Positions 58,334 to 64,000 of a stretch of DNA of 64,000 nt are shown piece after piece; the first letter of the stretch is position 1; each line of letters begins with the position of its first letter. The notes under the pieces were generated by a model. That model did not search any database. It was not told the origin of the DNA and saw nothing but the letters and a program-made list of their open reading frames with translations. This stretch comes from Lophium mytilinum (Eukaryota). The stretch is taken from the NCBI GenBank assembly GCA_010093605.1, contig MU004185.1, positions 269,334 through 333,333 on the forward strand, written 5' to 3'. Position numbers and translations under genes: made by a program.

Positions 58334-61258
58334 ATGGAGCCTCTCTCCGCTCTCAGCCTTGCTACGAGCGTCGTACAGTTCGTCGATTTTAGCAGCAAGT
58401 TCATTTGCGGCAGTATGGAGATTTATAACTCGAAAGGTGGACAGACTGATAAGCTCAACGACCTTGAAGAAGTCACGAAAAGTCTAGCGGAAATAGCTTC
58501 GGAGCTGGAAGAGTCGGACTCTTCAGACCTCAGCTCAAGCTCAAAAAACGCAAACGAGATCGTCAAGATTGCTACAGAATGTCGCGGAGCTGCAACGCAG
58601 TTGTGCAATGTTCTATCGAAGCTCAAACTGCAGAAAGTCACCAAACGAGAAAGCATTTTAGTCACTCTGAAGAGTTTATGGGGCCGTGAGAAAGTCGAGG
58701 ACCTGCGAAACCGGCTTGATGGGTATAGACAACAACTGATCATCCTCCTCCTTGTAGCTATGCGGGAAGACCTACAAGATAAACTACGACCAAAGTCGGA
58801 AGATAGCACACAAGTCAAACAAGAGAACAAAAAAGAGGATAGGTTCATCGGAAAGGCGTTCCTTGATAAATTCGAAGGAGCTGGGAGGGACAAGTGGCGA
58901 GCAGATCTCCTCGATGCCATCAGATATAGCCACGAATGTGGTACTTCCGTGGAAACTATTTCCGAATCTGCAAAAGAGGGCTTCCTAAAGGCGTTTCATA
59001 GCAGCACAGTGACAGACCCATGGTTCGTCAAGCAAGTGCTTCAGAAACTACGCTTTCGGGAGATGCCTGATCGGCAAGAAAGAATCGTCACGCGGCACCC
59101 GGAGACATACGAGTGGATTTTTCATGAAAACTCGGAGAACACTCCTTGGGATAGCTTCATAGACTGGCTGAAAGGCCCCTCCAGCACTTACTGGCTAAGT
59201 GGGAAACCGGGCTCTGGAAAGTCAACCTTGATGAAATTCATTCTCAAAGACTCACGCACACAAGAAATGCTTAAGTCAGACGATGTCTCACCATCATACA
59301 AACTCGTCATGACTGGTTTCTTCTTCTGGAACTCCGGGGCGCCGATGCAGATGTCACAGGAGGGGCTAATTCGAACCCTACTGCACGACTGTTTACATGA
59401 GCGCCATGACCTCATACCCTATGTGTTTCCCGTTTTGGAGGAAGAATACGAGCTTTTTGGTACACTAATTTTGGGATCGTGGAAATGGCTCGATGTCATC
59501 CGAGCATTTCGAAAGCTGCTTGAAGCACCTAGCACTAGATTCTGCTTCTTCATAGACGGCCTCGACGAATACTCCGGTAACCCTGCAGACTTGATCGACC
59601 TATTGAACTCGGTATCAAACACCCCGAATACTAAATGGTGCATCTCCAGTCGACCTTGGCCAATATTTGAAGACGCTTTCAGCTACCATACACCTTGCCT
59701 CCGCCTTCAGGATCTTACTTATCCGGACATGTTGAAGTACACCTCGGATCGACTTAATTGGAATCCTGGCTTCCGCGACTTCACTCAATTGGAACCTGAG
59801 TACACTTCACGTCTTGTGGATAACATCGCAAACAAATCCTCCGGTGTTTTCCTCTGGGTGACGGTCGTGGTAGCATCACTTCTTCATGGACTCACCAACG
59901 GGGATCGAATGGGAGATCTTCAAGCCCGGCTAGATGCGCTGCCTCCTGATCTAGAAGCGTTGTTTTTCCGAATCCTTGACAGCATCGAGCCTTCGCACAA
60001 GAGCCAAGCTTGCAAACTCTTTCAAGTTGTGTATACAGCCAAGACGCGGTTGACGCTTCTCCAGATATCCTATGTCGATAGGTATGACTGCGAACAAGTG
60101 ATAAGTTCTCCTTTTGGCCCTGTAGAGATCCTGCAAGAAGATGCGGAGCTTAAATGGATGAAGAGAAGGCTGGGCGCTATTAGCAAGGGCCTTCTGGAGA
60201 TCGCCAACAGAAGGAACAAAGCTGACTCCACGGTTGAATACCTGCATCGAACTGTAAAGGACTTCATAGAGAAACCCGACGTACAGATCAGAATTGCCGC
60301 AAACATTACTATACCATTCGACGCTCACCTCTCCTTGGCAGCTACATCACTACTAGAGCTGAAACGATTTCGAGGCCAGCTTGATGAATCTGACCTTCGC
60401 CTGATCAGCTTTCGTTGTATGGATTACGCAGATCTCGTCGCTCATACGCCAACGCCCGATATCAGTCTTCTGGTGCGACTCATTGATGAGTTACATTCAA
60501 CCGCGACTATACATATCGAAAACGAGGGCGGTCTGATTCGAACATTCCCAGACTCTATGGCGAAGACTTGGGACAACGCTCCTAATTCCCGCCCGGCGCT
60601 TCTAAACCTCTCGAAAGATCTATCTTCATCCTGCCAAGTCGAAGCAGAGGTGGGGATGTGGAAATTAATACTCTGGCCTCATCGACCTCTTCATTTGGCT
60701 ATTAGTTTCAACTTGATTTGGTACGCGAGAATGACATTGAAGGACCGGAAGCTACCGGAAAGCAACTCAAGACTACTTTGCGCCGCTCTAAGGACTAATA
60801 CACGTGAAGCTTTCAATGGCTTTCGAGCTACCGGAAAGTTTTCTGAAGATAGAGTTTGGGACCTATCGAAACCTGGTATCATGCCAGACCCTGCGATGGT
60901 TGGAGTCCTACTGGAAGCTGGCTTAAACCCCAATTTTCGACACGGCGGACTCATTGGTCACGGTTGGAACAAGTCGGCTTGGGAAGTTCTCCTCGAAAAC
61001 CCAAAGTTCGAAAGAGTAAAGACAGCGGATGACAAGTTGATGGAACTGGCAGCAGTCTTTATTCGATACGGCGCGAAATCGAAAGCCTCGAAAAAACGGG
61101 ATCTTGATAGACAGATTAACAATGAATTGGAAAGACGCGGCTGGAAACTGAATAGCAGAAAGACCCCCAACGAGCACGTCTCTCGCTTTGGAAATGTCTT
61201 CAGAAGAAACCGAACTAAGGGAGCATCAAATCCACCCTCTCAATCTCTGCCAGCTTAG
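58334..61258 (+). CDS. NACHT / STAND P-loop NTPase (fungal NLR-like) with a SesA-like helical N-terminus
   Basis: N-terminal MEPLSALSLATSVVQFVDF, TYEWIF, Walker A GKPGSGKST, Walker B FFIDGLDE, SSRPW, GVFLWV and LHRTVKDF; intronless, 974 aa. Confidence 0.9.
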   Translation: MEPLSALSLATSVVQFVDFSSKFICGSMEIYNSKGGQTDKLNDLEEVTKSLAEIASELEESDSSDLSSSSKNANEIVKIATECRGAATQLCNVLSKLKLQKVTKRESILVTLKSLWGREKVEDLRNRLDGYRQQLIILLLVAMREDLQDKLRPKSEDSTQVKQENKKEDRFIGKAFLDKFEGAGRDKWRADLLDAIRYSHECGTSVETISESAKEGFLKAFHSSTVTDPWFVKQVLQKLRFREMPDRQERIVTRHPETYEWIFHENSENTPWDSFIDWLKGPSSTYWLSGKPGSGKSTLMKFILKDSRTQEMLKSDDVSPSYKLVMTGFFFWNSGAPMQMSQEGLIRTLLHDCLHERHDLIPYVFPVLEEEYELFGTLILGSWKWLDVIRAFRKLLEAPSTRFCFFIDGLDEYSGNPADLIDLLNSVSNTPNTKWCISSRPWPIFEDAFSYHTPCLRLQDLTYPDMLKYTSDRLNWNPGFRDFTQLEPEYTSRLVDNIANKSSGVFLWVTVVVASLLHGLTNGDRMGDLQARLDALPPDLEALFFRILDSIEPSHKSQACKLFQVVYTAKTRLTLLQISYVDRYDCEQVISSPFGPVEILQEDAELKWMKRRLGAISKGLLEIANRRNKADSTVEYLHRTVKDFIEKPDVQIRIAANITIPFDAHLSLAATSLLELKRFRGQLDESDLRLISFRCMDYADLVAHTPTPDISLLVRLIDELHSTATIHIENEGGLIRTFPDSMAKTWDNAPNSRPALLNLSKDLSSSCQVEAEVGMWKLILWPHRPLHLAISFNLIWYARMTLKDRKLPESNSRLLCAALRTNTREAFNGFRATGKFSEDRVWDLSKPGIMPDPAMVGVLLEAGLNPNFRHGGLIGHGWNKSAWEVLLENPKFERVKTADDKLMELAAVFIRYGAKSKASKKRDLDRQINNELERRGWKLNSRKTPNEHVSRFGNVFRRNRTKGASNPPSQSLPA

Positions 61259-62572
61259 TCTCATGTCGAAGAAGGGACTTACACCACTTGCGAAGACACT
61301 TGCATCCGCGGTATGCCTTCATGGCTAAACCTTGCGAAAGCCGATACCGGATCGTCCATGTTGACCAGAAACATCAAAGCTTCTGTATGCACTTCCGAGC
61401 CGCTTTGTTCTACCACTCTCAGTTTGGTTGCCGCTGCGCATCGAGGAAACATATGGTTTTGCTCCAGGTGAATCTTCAGATCTCTTTACCAATGGCAGAT
61501 CTGGCTAAGTCGGCAAAAAATCCTCCTAGGGACCAGCACATCCCGCCTTGCTTGGTGCTCCGACAAGCCTTATTCGCCTAGTCACCAAGTCGTTACTATC
61601 GTGATCTATAGAGACTCGTTTCTATAGTCTCTCTGCACGTTTAGCACCGCTTGTCATGTTCTCCAAAACTCAGCCCGGAGCGTACGAGTAGCATCAGCAG
61701 AACTCTTCCACGACCGACAACCAGTCCGCCTTTGTATGCAACACCAAAGATAGTCTTTGCGCCTTTTCTAAGCAGGGAATGTTGATTTCTACTTATCGGG
61801 ACCTGATCCAGATGTTCTTTTCCCGTTTCGAAGTTGCCTTCCGATCATTTCCTAGATCTTGCGAAATTGCCGGAATTTAGTCATACGTGTAAAAGGTAGC
61901 ATAATACGCGAGAGGAGGTCCCAGCAGCAAGCAACCCGGGAGCATTCAGCTTGGAGGTCCATAGAGTGCCATGTACAAACATCTCTTATGTCATTGAGAC
62001 GGCCTTGCCTACCACCTTATCTCCTCTTTCGTATTCTCCTCATCCACGCCCGTGTGATTCTGTTTGGTCGTCCCCGGCCTCTACCACCTACTCAATCGGG
62101 GTACCTAGTATGCCTAGTATCAGTATAACGTTACCAAAATTACTTCATCCACTCGCTCAGATGGCTTCAAGCCTCCTCTCATACAGTTTTGCCCTCCCAA
62201 AGGGGATCCGCGAATAACTCCGCTCCCGATTCCTAGCCCGCAATGTACCAACACTCCCTACCACCAAGCAAGCTCTGATCCTTAGTTCGACGGCCTCCCG
62301 AGAGGGTCTAAAGCTATATAGAGGCCGGAAGTCTGTCATGAAATGGGGCATGGGAAGCACGTAAACTTAGCGGAGCGCGCGTGGAGATGGAGAGGGTAAA
62401 GTGTAAAGTTATCGTGGAAGAATACTGATCTCGATCGCAATTCACGAGTTCTGATGTCTGACTTGTGAGAATTGCGCTATGGTCCCACTATCTCTCTGCC
62501 TCATCTATTCCACTCCACCATCCAGATCCCACTACTCTCTAGAACCCCAGCATCTACCCTCTACAACACTCT

Positions 62573-64000
62573 TTACAACCCACCCCTCCCCCTCCTCTTC
62601 TTACTCCCCCTCAAATCCTGCCCAATCTCCGTAAACAACTCCACAAAGAACCCCCTCACCTCCCAAATCGGCAAAATCGTACTCACGAAACTCGAGCAAA
62701 ACACCCAGATAAACGAGATAACCACCCACGCCGTGAAAAAGCCCTTACTAAAAATATAGTGGCTGAAGAACATCGGCATCGGAATCAAAAAGTCCATGAT
62801 AAACGTCAGCACAAAGGACGATATGCACGCGAGTTTGAACGCCGCGCGGAGTTTGTGCGGCTCGTCAGGCGGGGCGATCTCGACGTGGAGATTTGGCGAA
62901 GTGGCTGTAGTAGTGGTAGTGGGAACCGTGTCGACCTTCTCTTCCTCTTTCTCTGAGTCGGAGAGGTTGGGCGAGGATTCGGGGGGCGTGGAGGCCGTGG
63001 GTGCGCTGTCAATGACAGCGACGTTGATGGCGCGCGTGATTTCCCAGTCGAAGTTGTCCATTTTGATGCTTGACACTGCGACGCTGAGGATGAGGCCGGT
63101 CATTATTGCGGCGAGGTTGCCGGCGAGGGTTGGGTAGGATAGGCCGGTGGTGTGGACGGAGAGCTCGCCGTAATAGTGCTTTGCGGTGGTCAGCCATGCG
63201 ATGAGCCCGGCTGATAGTCCACCGAGACAGCCTGTAATGGCGCCGGCTTTGGTTTGGCCTTTCCAGGTGATGGCGAAGGCGGCGGGGAAGACGGCGCCGC
63301 CGATGAGAAGGCCCATGACTAGGAAGAGCCATCCGAGATCGATGCCGATGGCGTTCCAGATGCAGGCGAAGACGGCCATGGTGAGGCCGAAGACGCATAT
63401 CATGGCGTGGGAGACGAAGATGAGCTGGGAAGGTGAGGCGAGCGGCTTGATGTAGCACTTGTAGACGTCGAAGGTCAGGATGGAGGAGACAGCTATGAGC
63501 TCCGCGGAGGCGCAGGATGTAACGGCCATGAAAAGCACGATGAGCAACGCTACAGCGCCCCCTTTCCCGAGCATCGCGGAGGCGGCGTATGCAGCTGTCA
63601 GACCAGACGAGATCTCCGCAGATGTAGGCGGGTTGGGGTACGTAGGGAATCGAGGATTATCCGTCAGTGCGACGGCAGCGAGGCCAAGGGTCGTGGCGAA
63701 GCCGAACGGGATCGCAAACCAAGCTAAGCCCCCCATAATATATGCCCGGACGGCAGTAGTTGGGCGAGAGGCGATGGCGCGCTGCCAGTATGCTTGATCG
63801 AGGAAAACGGTGCCGCTGCCAGAGCAAAGTTGGATGACGCCAAAGACGAGAGCGTAGTTGGACTTTAGTGTGAGATAGGAGCCTTCGTGGTTACCTTCGA
63901 CGGGGCGCTTGATGGCGGCTTCTTTGAGGAGGTCATACATCTCGCCGGGCGAACCGATGAGGGAGCTGACTGAGTAGGCGTTGAACATGAAGTATAGAAT
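62573..64000 (-). CDS. DUR3: Urea active transporter (sodium:solute symporter family), 5' end outside the window
   Basis: GNHEGSYLT, TVFLDQAYWQRAIA, GGLAWFAIP, FMAVTS..SAELIAVSSILTFD and PMPMFFSHYIFSKGFF. Confidence 0.9.
   Translation of the reverse strand: MLYFMFNAYSVSSLIGSPGEMYDLLKEAAIKRPVEGNHEGSYLTLKSNYALVFGVIQLCSGSGTVFLDQAYWQRAIASRPTTAVRAYIMGGLAWFAIPFGFATTLGLAAVALTDNPRFPTYPNPPTSAEISSGLTAAYAASAMLGKGGAVALLIVLFMAVTSCASAELIAVSSILTFDVYKCYIKPLASPSQLIFVSHAMICVFGLTMAVFACIWNAIGIDLGWLFLVMGLLIGGAVFPAAFAITWKGQTKAGAITGCLGGLSAGLIAWLTTAKHYYGELSVHTTGLSYPTLAGNLAAIMTGLILSVAVSSIKMDNFDWEITRAINVAVIDSAPTASTPPESSPNLSDSEKEEEKVDTVPTTTTTATSPNLHVEIAPPDEPHKLRAAFKLACISSFVLTFIMDFLIPMPMFFSHYIFSKGFFTAWVVISFIWVFCSSFVSTILPIWEVRGFFVELFTEIGQDLRGSKKRRGRGGL

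Overview
Intron-containing genomic DNA from a filamentous ascomycete (Pezizomycotina; GT-AG introns with CTRAC/CTAAY branch points). From left to right: (1) 1-11 kb holds an F-box-like ORF, the head-to-head housekeeping pair ERG10/SNU114, a degenerate ~120-bp tandem array with a small foldback element, a Rossmann-fold protein and an aldehyde dehydrogenase. (2) 11-17 kb is an accessory block with an orphan membrane protein, two different repeat arrays and a stand-alone RNase H gene interrupted by a TGA. (3) 17-39.4 kb is an extracellular hydroxamate siderophore cluster of the NPS6/SidD (coprogen/fusarinine) type. It contains a SidA-like flavoprotein, SidI, SidF, an ABCB exporter, a SIT-type MFS importer, a GNAT and an A-T-C-dA-T-C NRPS, plus eight perfect ATCWGATAA (SreA) sites. 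(4) 40-42.8 kb is a divergent UPF0261 + TIM-barrel pair, i.e. the two halves of plant Tm-1. (5) 43-55.7 kb is a BVMO / Pth11-like / Zn2Cys6 / SDR block bracketed by two paralogous F-box-like genes, one of which carries two in-frame TGA stops. (6) 57-64 kb holds a small beta-barrel-like protein, a NACHT NLR-like gene and a partial DUR3 urea transporter. The most interesting observations are the SidA paralog, which appears to have lost essentially all ornithine- and NADPH-recognition residues while staying in the iron-regulated cluster, and the split Tm-1 pair next to the NRPS. Gene ends and splice sites were read by eye. Family calls come from remembered motifs, not database searches.
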